Shown piece after piece: positions 30,319 to 40,536 of a stretch of 64,000 nucleotides of DNA (positions are counted from its first letter, which is position 1; each line of letters begins with the position of its first letter). Both the position numbers and the translations under genes were made by a program. Source of the stretch: an uncultured bacterium. GTDB lineage: Bacteria; Armatimonadota; Abditibacteriia; Abditibacteriales; Abditibacteriaceae. The stretch spans positions 2,170,001-2,234,000 of the forward strand of contig CAWJLW010000006.1 of the NCBI GenBank assembly GCA_963843795.1, read 5' to 3'. The notes beneath the pieces were generated by a model that was not told where the DNA came from, searched no databases, and worked only from the letters and a program-made list of their open reading frames with translations.

Positions 30319-32181
30319 ATGAATATTGAAGATTCTGTTGAAAATTTGAATAAAAATGGCGCTGCAAGTACTTGCGAGGCCGTTCGCGCGGTCGGTCGCG
30401 TCGGTTGCCCCTTAGGACAAGAAGCGACCAGCGAACTGTTTCACTTCTGGATTCCAACCGATACTTTGGTCGAGAAAACTCAACTTGTGACCTGTCGCAG
30501 CGTTATCGCCGGACAAGAACTGCACTTTTATGCGATTATCAACGAAGTTCATCGTTCGAGCCGCAAGAAAAGCATGGGCGCCGAATTCGATGAGGCCGAT
30601 GGCGATTTGGGCTACGCACCGCCGTTTGAAAGCGAAGGCTGCACCTGGGCCGAAGCGGCAATTTTGCGCACCGAACCGCCTTATTTCACGCCGCCGCGCG
30701 AACGCGCGACAGTGCAACTGGCCAACGCCAAAGACGCCGAGTTTGCTTATCGCGCCGATGAAATCGACGATGACAAGCGCTTTCCGGTCGGATTGGTGCG
30801 CAACGGCGGGCGCGAAGTTCTGGGGCCGGGTTTCATTGATTTGGACTATCTGCTGGGCACAAACGGCGGACACATGAACGTTAATGGCGCGGCGGGGCGC
30901 GGCACTAAATCGAGTTTTTTGTTATTCGTCAATTATTTGCTCTTGCGCGAGGCGCGTGAACAGGCGCGATTGCGGCCTTCAGATGAAAATCGTCTGCGAG
31001 TAGTGCCGATTATCCTTAATGTCAAGGGCAAAGATTTGTTTTATATCGACCGCGCTTCCAAACGTTTCACAGCTGAACATCGCGAATCGTGGACGCAGTT
31101 AGGCGTGGAAAATCCGGGTTCATTTGGCGAAGTCGAGTATCTCGCGCCACAGCAAAAAGGCAGCGAACTTTCCATTGCAATTCAAGGTCGCGGGCGCGAA
31201 GTGAATGCTTACAGTTGGAGCTTGCGCGATGTCGTCGAGGCCGACTTGCTGCTGTATTTGTTCGCCGAAGATGATGCGACACAGGCCAACTTTGCCGCGC
31301 TGGTCTATGACATTATTGATTTAATCACCGATGAAAAGATGAGCAACGATGGCGAAATTCGGCGCGAACTGAGAACCGGCGCCAATTCGCCGTTCGCGAC
31401 CAATGCACCGACTTTTCGCGGGCTGCTGAATTGGCTGCGCGATGAAAGCGATAAAGCTGTCAAGCTGCAAAAACATCAAGTCGGCACGATCCGCAAACTT
31501 TATCGGCGCTTATTCAAATTGCTCCAAGAAGGCGCAGGCGTGTTGCGCTATGACGAAGAGCGCGGCAAACCGTTGAACGTGGTGCGCCAAGATACTTGCG
31601 CGCCGATTGTGATTGATTTATCGGAACTTGGCGCTCAGCTCGATGTGCAGCGCTTTGTGGTCGCAACGATTTTGCGCCAACTGGTGAGCGCGCGCACCGG
31701 CACCAAAAGTGTCGCCGGTTTGCGTTATTTGGTGACGCTGGACGAGTTGAACCGCTTTGCGCCCAAAGGCAGTCGCGACCCAATTACTCAACTCATTGAA
31801 CTGGTCGCCGCCGAAATGCGTTCGCAGGGCATCATTCTGCTGGGCGCGCAACAACAAGCCTCGCGGGTTTCAGATCGTGTGATTGAAAACAGCGCGATTC
31901 GCGTATTAGGTAAAAGCGGTTCGCTGGAAATGACACAACCGGTGTGGCGCTTTTTGAGTGAAGCCGCGCGCCGCAAAGCCGAAACGCTTTTGCCCGATGA
32001 AAAACTCATCGTGCAGGACAACTTCCGCGAACCGATGCACGTTCGCGTGCCATTTCCCGCCTGGGCGATGAACCGCGAAGAATCGCTGCAAAGCTATTCC
32101 ATTATCGACGACGTATCCAATTCGCTGGGTTCTTCCGCGCGCAGCGATATGGGCAATAATTTGGACGACATTATTGATTGA
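30319..32181 (+). CDS. herA: HerA-family ATPase/helicase
   Basis: N-terminal HAS-barrel-like region; HMNVNGAAGRGTKS (variant Walker A); LVTLDELNRFAP (Walker B); RSQGIILLGAQQ. Confidence 0.82.
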   Translation: MNIEDSVENLNKNGAASTCEAVRAVGRVGCPLGQEATSELFHFWIPTDTLVEKTQLVTCRSVIAGQELHFYAIINEVHRSSRKKSMGAEFDEADGDLGYAPPFESEGCTWAEAAILRTEPPYFTPPRERATVQLANAKDAEFAYRADEIDDDKRFPVGLVRNGGREVLGPGFIDLDYLLGTNGGHMNVNGAAGRGTKSSFLLFVNYLLLREAREQARLRPSDENRLRVVPIILNVKGKDLFYIDRASKRFTAEHRESWTQLGVENPGSFGEVEYLAPQQKGSELSIAIQGRGREVNAYSWSLRDVVEADLLLYLFAEDDATQANFAALVYDIIDLITDEKMSNDGEIRRELRTGANSPFATNAPTFRGLLNWLRDESDKAVKLQKHQVGTIRKLYRRLFKLLQEGAGVLRYDEERGKPLNVVRQDTCAPIVIDLSELGAQLDVQRFVVATILRQLVSARTGTKSVAGLRYLVTLDELNRFAPKGSRDPITQLIELVAAEMRSQGIILLGAQQQASRVSDRVIENSAIRVLGKSGSLEMTQPVWRFLSEAARRKAETLLPDEKLIVQDNFREPMHVRVPFPAWAMNREESLQSYSIIDDVSNSLGSSARSDMGNNLDDIID

Positions 32182-32255
32182 ATTTACAATCTATTCAATT
32201 CAATAAAATGCCACAATAGAATTGTGCCGCAAGTACTTACGGCACTCTCCCGAAC

Positions 32256-33506
32256 ATGAAAATTTTACACACCGGCGACTGGCACATGAACGATGCGCTG
32301 GGACGCATCGACCGTAGCGACGATATTTTTGCTGTTATCGAACAAATCGCCAATTATCTCGAAGAATACGAAGTCGATGTATTGCTGATCGCGGGCGATT
32401 TATTTTCCGAGCGCTCGAGCCGCGAACAATTGCGGCGCGCCATTTCGCGCCTGAGCAAATTGTTCACGCCGTTTTTGTTACGCGGCGGGACAATTGTGGC
32501 GATTTCGGGCAATCACGATTCTGAAATTTTCTTTGAAACGCTGCGCGATGCACTCGATTTGGCCCTGCCCGTCAGCGCCGAAAAAGACAATTCCGAAAAG
32601 AATTTCCACAGCGGTGGGCGTTTGTGGATCGCGCCCAATCCGCGCATTTTAACGCTCAAAGATAAAAATGATGTCCGCGTGCAGTTCGTTTTGATGCCTT
32701 ATCCCACAGCGCGCTGTTATCTGCGCGGCACCAATGTGGTTTATGGCTCGATAGAAGAAAAGCATCGCGCCGTGCAAAGCAGTTTCAGCGCGATGCTGGA
32801 CAGATTGCGCGAACGCATTGATGTCACGCTGCCTTCGGTTCTGGTTTCGCACGTTCACATTCGCGGCGCGCAAACGCACACTTTGTATAAAGTCAGCGAA
32901 GTGGAAGATGTGGTTTTCGAGCCGGGCGATATTCCCACCGGTTGGGCTTACTGCGCTTACGGTCACATCCACAAACCGCAAGCGCCTCTCCCCGGTGCGC
33001 CTCATGTACGCTATTGCGGCAGCATCGAGCGCTTAGATGGGGCGGAAGCGGGCGACGAAAAAAGCGTGGTTTTGATTGATATTGGCCCCGAAGGTCGGAG
33101 TGGTGAACCTCAACTGCTGCCCTTGGAAACGTCCACTCTGCGCCGTCTGGAAATCGGGTTAAGCGATAATCCGAGCGCGGAAATTGAAACATTGGCCGAA
33201 AATTTTCCCAATCACGCCGAAGAATTGTTGTCGTATCGCCTGCACTGGCTGCCGGGCCGCGACAATCGTGACGAATTGTGCCGCCAAATCAACGCCTTGT
33301 TTCCGCGCTGGTATGCGCGCGAATTAGTTCAAAGCGACGCGTTGCAAAACGCCAAAGGCGAAAGCGCCCATTTAGATTTGCGTGATGTCGCCCACAATGT
33401 GCGCACTTACCTTGAAAGCCAACTCGAAGCCAATTATCCTCAACGCGAAGCCGTCTTGAAACTGGCCGAAAGCACATTGGCCAGTCGCGATGAGGCAAGA
33501 GACTGA
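32256..33506 (+). CDS. sbcD: SbcD/Mre11 nuclease
   Basis: HTGDWH, AGDLF, GNHD, VSH, YGHIHKPQ, YCGS. Confidence 0.92.
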   Translation: MKILHTGDWHMNDALGRIDRSDDIFAVIEQIANYLEEYEVDVLLIAGDLFSERSSREQLRRAISRLSKLFTPFLLRGGTIVAISGNHDSEIFFETLRDALDLALPVSAEKDNSEKNFHSGGRLWIAPNPRILTLKDKNDVRVQFVLMPYPTARCYLRGTNVVYGSIEEKHRAVQSSFSAMLDRLRERIDVTLPSVLVSHVHIRGAQTHTLYKVSEVEDVVFEPGDIPTGWAYCAYGHIHKPQAPLPGAPHVRYCGSIERLDGAEAGDEKSVVLIDIGPEGRSGEPQLLPLETSTLRRLEIGLSDNPSAEIETLAENFPNHAEELLSYRLHWLPGRDNRDELCRQINALFPRWYARELVQSDALQNAKGESAHLDLRDVAHNVRTYLESQLEANYPQREAVLKLAESTLASRDEARD

Positions 33507-33551
33507 AAGACAAAACACCCTGCAAGTACTTGCAGCCCCGATAAAGGTAAA

Positions 33552-33585
33552 GAAAACGCCCTGCAAGTACTTGCAGGGCGTTTTC
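33552..33585. repeat. 34-bp perfect palindrome between sbcD and sbcC
   Basis: GAAAACGCCCTGCAAGTACTTGCAGGGCGTTTTC, preceded by a partial copy whose core starts at 33522. Confidence 0.9.
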
Positions 33586-33638
33586 AACGCTTAATTGGGT
33601 TAAAATTCCATTCACACTTTGATTTAATTTCAACAATT

Positions 33639-36600
33639 ATGGTTCCCTTGCGCGTGGAGTTAGACGGATTTATGAGCTACCGCGAACCCGCCGAACTTTG
33701 TTTCGACGATTCGCCGCTTTGGATGTTGGAAGGGCCGAACGGGGCCGGAAAATCGACGGTTTTCGATGCCATCACTTTCGCGCTTTACGGTCTGCATCGC
33801 GGCGGCAAGCGCGATGTCACCGAACTGATTAACCACGAGCGCGACAGTTTCAAAGTCGTTTTCGATTTTCGATTGGGCGACACGGTTTATCGCATTCAAC
33901 GCACGCAATCGAAGAAAAAATCGGATGTGCGCGCAGCGATTCTCGATAAAAACGGTTTCGAGCACTCCATTGGCGAAGCCAATATGCAGACCGGTTTCAA
34001 AACGTGGCTCGAAGAAACCATCGGTTTGGACGACCGCACTTTCACGACTTGCGTGATGTTGCAGCAGGGCAAAAGCGACGCGCTGCTTTCGGCCAATCCC
34101 GAAGAACGACGCAAAATCCTCACGCAAATTGTCGATTTATCGGCCTACGAAAGTCTGCACAAAACTATCAACGACAAGTTCAAATATCTCAGAACCGAAG
34201 CCGAAGTTTTGGATAATCGCTTGCAAGGTATCGAGCGCGTCGATGACAACGAAATCGACCGTTTGCGCCGTGAAGCCGAACAAGCGCGCCAGGCGCAGGC
34301 CGATCTCAGTGCGCAATTGGAAATTCTGGCGGTCGCGCGCGAAAAATGTCAGGAGTACGCGCGCAAGACTCAGGAATTGCAACAGGTCACGCGCGAACTC
34401 GAAGGCGCACAGCAATTATTCGATTCCGCCGCTCAAATTCAAAGCGATCACGAGCGCTGGGCCGAACTTAAACACGCTCTTCCGCAACTGAAAAATGCCG
34501 TCGAATTGAGTGAAAAGCTCGATTCGTGTCGCGCGCAACAAGAAAGGTTCGAGCGCGAAAGCGCCCTCTGGCATGACAAAGCGCAGTTCGCACAGCAAAA
34601 CGTCGATAAATTGTACGACGAAATCGAACAATTGCAAAGCGAGCGAGACAATTGGTCGCAAAAGCGTGACGACGCGCGCGCGGTTCAATTTGAACTCACC
34701 AGCACAATTTACGAACTTGATAATCTGCAAGACGAACAAAAGGCGCTGCAAGTACTTGCCGCGCAATTGGCGGAATTCGCGCCTGATTTTGACGCGCAAC
34801 TGGCCGCTAAAAACGAGGAAGCGCAGGAATTGGCGAGTTTAAAAAGCGCCCTGCCCTTTTTGACTCAGTTCGCCGAGGCGCGCGAAGGCTGGGACGAAAT
34901 GAAAAGCGCGGCCAAACGCTTGAAAAAGCAGTTGGAAACCATCGAAAGCCAGATCGCACAACACGAAGCCCAGCGTGCGCCCGCTCAGCAAGCGTTACAA
35001 CTCGCTGAAGATAAATCGGCTCACGCTCAAACCGATAAAGTTCAAGCGCGCACCTGGTTGGAACAAGAACGCAAGCACCTGCAATTGTTGGATGAAGTCG
35101 ATAACGAAGCGCAGTGCCATTATTGCGGGCACGAACTCACGCCACAACACATCGAAGATGAGCGCCGCGCGCGCACCCAGGAAGTCGCGCGCCGCCTGCA
35201 AGAACTGGAAACGCGCGATGTGGCGCAGAAAAGTGCGCAGACACAGCTTCAGGACGCGCGCAAGTACTTGCAGGAAGTCGAGCAGCAAGTACTTGCTGCA
35301 CAAAATGAACACAGCAAAATCCAAAACGAACTTGAAAATCAACTGCGCGATGGACGCGCCACCAAGCGCAACGCGCAGAACGCTCTAGACAATTTGCCGC
35401 CGCAGTTTCGCGCGCATTACACGCCCGATCAGGAAGTAACCGGCGTGGCCGAACATTTCAACAACCCTTATCCCAGCGCAGCCGAACTGCGCGATTTGCG
35501 CGAACAAGTTCGGCGTTTTGGCACTGTTGAACATCAACTCAAAACGTTGCAAAATCAGGCCGAGGAGCGTCGCGATTTGCGCACGCGCCACGCGCCATTG
35601 GAAGAAAGTGTCACGCGCTTGGAACAGAAATATCCGCCTGAACGCGCGCGCGATTTGCGCGAACAATTCAGCGCGGCACAAGGTCAGGCCGGTTTGGCCG
35701 AAGCGCGCTTGAAAGACGTGACGTCGCAACTGCGCGAACGCGAAGACGCACTCAAAACCGCAGCCAGCAACCAGCAAAGCGCCGAGCGCGCTCGGAACGC
35801 CGCGCAACAAAATTTGGTCGAGTGGCGCGCGCGAGGGGAAGAAATTAACGCGCGATTGAACGATGTTTATCGCACGCTAGAAGCCGATTGGCTGGTTTTG
35901 GCGCGCAGTGCGCGGGCCGACGATGTGTCACGTTTGGAAACCGAATTTTCGGGTTTGAGTGATGCGCCGCAGCGGTTGCGCGCCTTGAATGCCGCGCAAC
36001 AAAATAACGCCGCGCGCTTGGAACAGCAGCGCGTTTTAGCGAATGATTTGGCCGCAATGCCGCAAGAAGCGCGCGACGATTTAGGAGCCATCGAAGCGCA
36101 AATTCAAGGCGCGCGCGCTGAACGAGACAGATTGAGCGAGCGTGAGCGGGAATGGGATGGCGAGCGTCAGGCGTTAGAAGGTCAGCGTTTGCAACGCGCG
36201 GAATTGGTCAAAGATCATCGTCGTGTCAGCGGCGAAGCCAACACCCACAAAACTCTGGCCGAACTGCTTGGCCCGGCGCGTTTGCAGCGTTTTTTGTTGC
36301 AGCAGGCCGAAACCGCCATTGTTAGCAACGCCAATAGCGTGCTCGACAAAATTTCCGGTGGCACATTGCAAATTGAACTGCGCAACGACAATGACCCGAC
36401 GCAAAGCAGTCGCACCGCCGCGCCCAAAGCGCTCGAACTGCTGGCGCGCAACACCCAGACCGGCTCGCAGCCAATGCCGGTTTATCTGCTCAGTGGCAGC
36501 CAGCGTTTCCGCGTCGCCGTCGCCCTGGCTCTGGGAATCGGGCAGTTCGCTGGTGGTGGACAAAGCGGTCACACCCAAAACGAAAGCGGCAGCACGCGTC

Positions 36601-36812
36601 GCATCGAATCGGTGATTATCGACGAAGGTTTCGGAAGCTTAGACGCCATCGGTCGTCAAGAAATCATCGACGAATTGCACAACTTGAAAAACGTCTTGAA
36701 GCGCGTGATTCTGGTGTCGCATCAAGAAGAATTTTCCGACCGCTTTCCCACGCGCTATCGCATCGCCATTGAAAACGGCACTTCGACGGCGAAATTAGTG
36801 AATAGTAGCTAA
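33639..36812 (+). CDS. sbcC: SbcC/Rad50 SMC-type ATPase
   Basis: GPNGAGKS, LQQG Q-loop, long coiled coils, central CHYCG zinc hook, LSGSQ, IDEGFGSLD, VSH. Confidence 0.93.
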   Translation: MVPLRVELDGFMSYREPAELCFDDSPLWMLEGPNGAGKSTVFDAITFALYGLHRGGKRDVTELINHERDSFKVVFDFRLGDTVYRIQRTQSKKKSDVRAAILDKNGFEHSIGEANMQTGFKTWLEETIGLDDRTFTTCVMLQQGKSDALLSANPEERRKILTQIVDLSAYESLHKTINDKFKYLRTEAEVLDNRLQGIERVDDNEIDRLRREAEQARQAQADLSAQLEILAVAREKCQEYARKTQELQQVTRELEGAQQLFDSAAQIQSDHERWAELKHALPQLKNAVELSEKLDSCRAQQERFERESALWHDKAQFAQQNVDKLYDEIEQLQSERDNWSQKRDDARAVQFELTSTIYELDNLQDEQKALQVLAAQLAEFAPDFDAQLAAKNEEAQELASLKSALPFLTQFAEAREGWDEMKSAAKRLKKQLETIESQIAQHEAQRAPAQQALQLAEDKSAHAQTDKVQARTWLEQERKHLQLLDEVDNEAQCHYCGHELTPQHIEDERRARTQEVARRLQELETRDVAQKSAQTQLQDARKYLQEVEQQVLAAQNEHSKIQNELENQLRDGRATKRNAQNALDNLPPQFRAHYTPDQEVTGVAEHFNNPYPSAAELRDLREQVRRFGTVEHQLKTLQNQAEERRDLRTRHAPLEESVTRLEQKYPPERARDLREQFSAAQGQAGLAEARLKDVTSQLREREDALKTAASNQQSAERARNAAQQNLVEWRARGEEINARLNDVYRTLEADWLVLARSARADDVSRLETEFSGLSDAPQRLRALNAAQQNNAARLEQQRVLANDLAAMPQEARDDLGAIEAQIQGARAERDRLSEREREWDGERQALEGQRLQRAELVKDHRRVSGEANTHKTLAELLGPARLQRFLLQQAETAIVSNANSVLDKISGGTLQIELRNDNDPTQSSRTAAPKALELLARNTQTGSQPMPVYLLSGSQRFRVAVALALGIGQFAGGGQSGHTQNESGSTRRIESVIIDEGFGSLDAIGRQEIIDELHNLKNVLKRVILVSHQEEFSDRFPTRYRIAIENGTSTAKLVNSS

Positions 36813-36833
36813 AGCAATAGAATTTTCACACAG

Positions 36834-36869
36834 AAAAGCCGTGCTGCAAGTACTTGCGGCACGGCTTTT
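36834..36869. terminator. Bidirectional terminator between convergent sbcC and GH13 genes
   Basis: AAAAGCCGTGCT-GCAAGTACTTGC-GGCACGGCTTTT with one T/G mismatch. Confidence 0.85.
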
Positions 36870-36906
36870 TCGGAATATGAGCGCTACAGATTATCGCCGA
36901 TGAATT

Positions 36907-39091
36907 TCATTGCTTCGACAAGGCCACAAACTTTGGCGTTGCGGGCAAAAGAATCGCGGCTTTCAATGGCGCTAAAGTCACTTTCACTGTCACGTTTTCT
37001 ATTTTCATGCGTTGTCCCGATAAGCCATCGACTAAATTAGTTGGCTTTACGAGATTTTTCGGCAGCGTAATTTCTATAGTTTGCGATTCTATCCGAACGA
37101 TTAAGGGCGATAATCGCGGTTTCATTATTCAACGTGCGCGCATACGCCAGAGTTTGCGCATTGTCATCGGTTTTGAGAATTGTCGGTTCGCCCGCTTGCA
37201 AAGCCACGCTGGCATTACGCAGGGCGATTAACCGTTTGTAGTAACGCAGCATCGTGTTGTCGGGCGTGTTCAAATCCCAGCGCATTCCGCGCCGATTATC
37301 GGGATCATTGCCGCCTTCCATGCCCAATTCTTCGCCATAATAAATCGAAGGCGCGCCAACCCAAGTGAACTGAACCGTGGTCGCCAAGCGATGCAAATCT
37401 TGATTGTTATTGCAAACCGTCAAGAAGCGCGCTGTATCGTGACTGCTCAGTAAGTTCAACATGTTGCGCGATACTTGCGGTACATAACTGGTATAGATTT
37501 GCATCAATCGATTGGCGAATTGCGTGGGCGAGCTTTTGCTTTCGGCGAAGAAATCGCGGTTGGCGAACAAGAACTGATAATTCATCGCCGCATCCCACTG
37601 ATCGCCTTTGAGCCACGGCGACGCATCGCTCCAACGCTCGCCGACAATCCACATTTGCGAATCCAAACCTTTAACACGCGTGCGTAAGGCGCGCCAGAAA
37701 CGCATATCCACTTCATCGGCCACATCAAGGCGCAAGCCGGACAGCGGAATCTGGCTCTTCCAATAATTGACCAGATTCAACATATAATCTTCTGTCGGCG
37801 GATTTGATAAATTCAATTTTGGCATCGCTGCGTAGCCATACCAAGCGACATAATTAGGTGGGTTTTCAACTTTCACCGGATACGATTTAATCGTGTACCA
37901 ATCTTTATATTTGGAAGCTGCACCTTTTTCGCGAATATCCATAAAAGGCGCAAACGTAGTGGCCGTGTGGTTGAACACGAAATCCATCACGGTGCGGATT
38001 TTATTGGCTTGCAGTTCTTTGCTCAGCGCGATAAATTCCGCGTTGGTACCGAATTGCGGGTCGATGGTTTTGAAATCTTCAGCATCGTAGCGATGATTGG
38101 AAGGCGATTTAAAAACGGGATTGAAATAAACGCTGGAAACGCCCAGTTTTTCCAGATACGGCAAGTGATCGCGCACGCCCTTCACATCTCCGCCCAGCCG
38201 CGAAAAACCATTTGGCGCGATATTCCACGGCTGCACATCGGGTGGATCGTTGGTTTTGTCGCCGTTGGCAAAGCGGTCGGGAAATATCTGATAAAAAACG
38301 GTGCGCTGCACCCAATCGGGCACCACAAATGGCTGAAATTTCCGAGCGTTCAATTGAAACGGCTTGACGCGCGCCATAGCGCCCAAACCATTGGCGCCGA
38401 ATTCTTGTGTCTGCGCGCCGTCTTTCACTTCAAAGCTATATTTCAAATCGCTTTTTCTATTCCACGGCAGTGTGACATTGTAGCGCGCATAGAGATCGTC
38501 GCTAGAAATCAGCTTCATTGAATAACGTCGCGCGCCGACTTTCAATGCCACGCTTTTGATGTCATCGGGCCGCGCACGCAACGAAAGCATGAGCTGGCCG
38601 CGATCATAGTTCAGATAAGGAATTTCAGTCTGATGCGATAAAGCGCTGCGCGCGGTAATGCCATCGTTGGGGCTGGCCGGTCGCGCATAATCGGCGGGCA
38701 AAATCATGAGCACGGAATTGGTGTATCCGCTGCTATCGGTTTCGTTTTTCGCCGCTTTGGGATCGACAATCCAGTTATCGCCATTGAGCACAAATTTATA
38801 GAAATGCTTACCAAAGGCCACGGGAACTGTCGCGCGCCAGATTTTACCTGCGGCGTCGCTCGTCATCGGGTTGGCGTCTTTGTTCCAATTGTTGAACGTG
38901 CCAGCGACGTTTACCGCAGAAAGCTTGGTCGGCGATTCGTAAATAAAAACGTGTTGTTCCGCTTCTGCAAGTACTTGCTGCGCAGCAGGTGCGTTCTGAG
39001 CGCGCGCCAGAGGTGCATTTAAAAGTGGGCTCCACAGTAAAGCAGCACAAAAAATCGACAACTTTTTATTCCATTGAATAGGATTGTTCAT
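36907..39091 (-). CDS. Exported GH13 alpha-amylase family enzyme (neopullulanase/cyclomaltodextrinase-like) with N-terminal CBM48-like domain; frameshift near the 3' end (in-frame stop at 37037)
   Basis: VAGTFNNW, YQIFPDRF, DFVFNH, GLRLDVA, GERW, SSHD, IYYGEE. The natural C-terminal beta-domain continues in another frame to 36907. Confidence 0.88.
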
Positions 39092-39103
39092 AGGAAATTA
39101 GTT

Positions 39104-40267
39104 TCAGACTGCAAAATTCATCGGCAAAATGCCGCGCTCGACTTGATCTTGAAAATTCCACTCGCCGGGCTTTTCGTGCTTCAAGCTCCAGTAAAACCAG
39201 CCATGCGTGCGTTCGTAGCTGCTCAGTTGCGCGGCACCGTAACCGCGAGTCGTGAGTTCGCGTTGTAGGGACGACAAATCTTTGACCGCGTCCCACGCAA
39301 TAGCGTTCGACCATTCGCCAACTATCGTCCATAATTGCGCCTTGATTTTATCCAGTTCAACCGTGCGATCTAAAGCCTTCTTGATGTGGTCTTGCGGCGA
39401 ACGTTTGCGGTCGTCATCCGTGTAAGCCTGATAAATGTGCGTGTCCAAAACCACGTTTTGCCACTGGTCCCCGCGCATGAAATTTTCCCAGTTAAAAGGC
39501 CGGAAACCGTCGTGCATCACGAAAGCGCGATCTTCGGGCAAATACTTGCGCACGCGCGGATAGGCCGCGAGGTAAAAATTTTTCAAGACATCCAAAGGCA
39601 CGTCCCAGCGCGGCTCGTTGAGGCATTCCAACCCCCACAAGTTTGGATGTTTACCGTAACGCTCGGCCATAATTTCGAGCGCGCGAATCGAGGCCGCGAC
39701 GTTTTCCGGCTTGGGCCAATCCAAAGCGCCGCTGTGACCCGAATGATCCCAGCCATTCTGACTGCCAGGCGCACCGTGCAAATCGAGCAGAATTTGCAAA
39801 TCGTATTTCTGCGCCCATCGAAAAGCGTTATCAACGTGTTCGGCTGCCGCGAAGTAAGGCGCGTGGGTTTCCAACGTCCAATAACCAATCGGCAAACGCA
39901 CCGCGTCCAAACCGTGCGCTTTCACCCACGCGAACTCCCTTTCGGTGATCCAATTTTGGCGATGGCGCTCGAGTTTTTCGCGCGCGCCGGGCGTTTGCGA
40001 AAAAGTCCATTCGTCGCCCGCTTCCACACCTTCAAATAGCGAAGGCGTCATCCATTTTTCCAAAACCAGCCACGCGCCCAGATTAACGCCGCGAACTGCG
40101 CGCGAAGGTTGTCGCCAATCGCCCTCTTTCCATTGATGCGTCACTGGTTTGGGCGGCGCTTGAGCCAGAACAGCGCGCGTCAGGTGGGGTTCGATTGCGA
40201 TGGCAGCGCCACTCAGAACGGCGTTGCGAAGAAAAGTGCGGCGCGGGAGAGAAATTTTGGAGGACAT
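39104..40267 (-). CDS. Tat-exported glycoside hydrolase family 5 (exo-beta-1,3-glucanase-like)
   Basis: RRTFL signal; RGVNLGAWLVLEKW, VRLPIGYW, DLHGAPGSQNG, LNEP, DTHIY, VGEWS. Confidence 0.9.
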   Translation of the reverse strand: MSSKISLPRRTFLRNAVLSGAAIAIEPHLTRAVLAQAPPKPVTHQWKEGDWRQPSRAVRGVNLGAWLVLEKWMTPSLFEGVEAGDEWTFSQTPGAREKLERHRQNWITEREFAWVKAHGLDAVRLPIGYWTLETHAPYFAAAEHVDNAFRWAQKYDLQILLDLHGAPGSQNGWDHSGHSGALDWPKPENVAASIRALEIMAERYGKHPNLWGLECLNEPRWDVPLDVLKNFYLAAYPRVRKYLPEDRAFVMHDGFRPFNWENFMRGDQWQNVVLDTHIYQAYTDDDRKRSPQDHIKKALDRTVELDKIKAQLWTIVGEWSNAIAWDAVKDLSSLQRELTTRGYGAAQLSSYERTHGWFYWSLKHEKPGEWNFQDQVERGILPMNFAV

Positions 40268-40536
40268 AATAAATTTGATGAGTGCAAGTACTTGCAGACA
40301 ATTCCGCGTGCGAATTGTGACGCGACTGGAATAATTATCCTGCATAATTCGCGGTGTGTCGCCCAGATTGCCACAATCGCTTCACTTTCTCGCGATGACA
40401 CGCGACACGAAAGTGTCGGGCCACAATTCGTCGCCACCCGAACGATGGACGCACTCACTTAAGCAACATTGCGTTGCCAGAGATTTTGAAGCGCCACGCC
40501 ATCGGTTATGATTATTGTAGCTATAGGAGCCAAATT

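Noticed and set aside
29106..36857. Specific enrichment of the palindrome in the nurA-herA-sbcDC operon
   Set aside because: 8 copies in ~7.8 kb against a window average of ~0.67 per kb (about 5 expected) is not a convincing excess.
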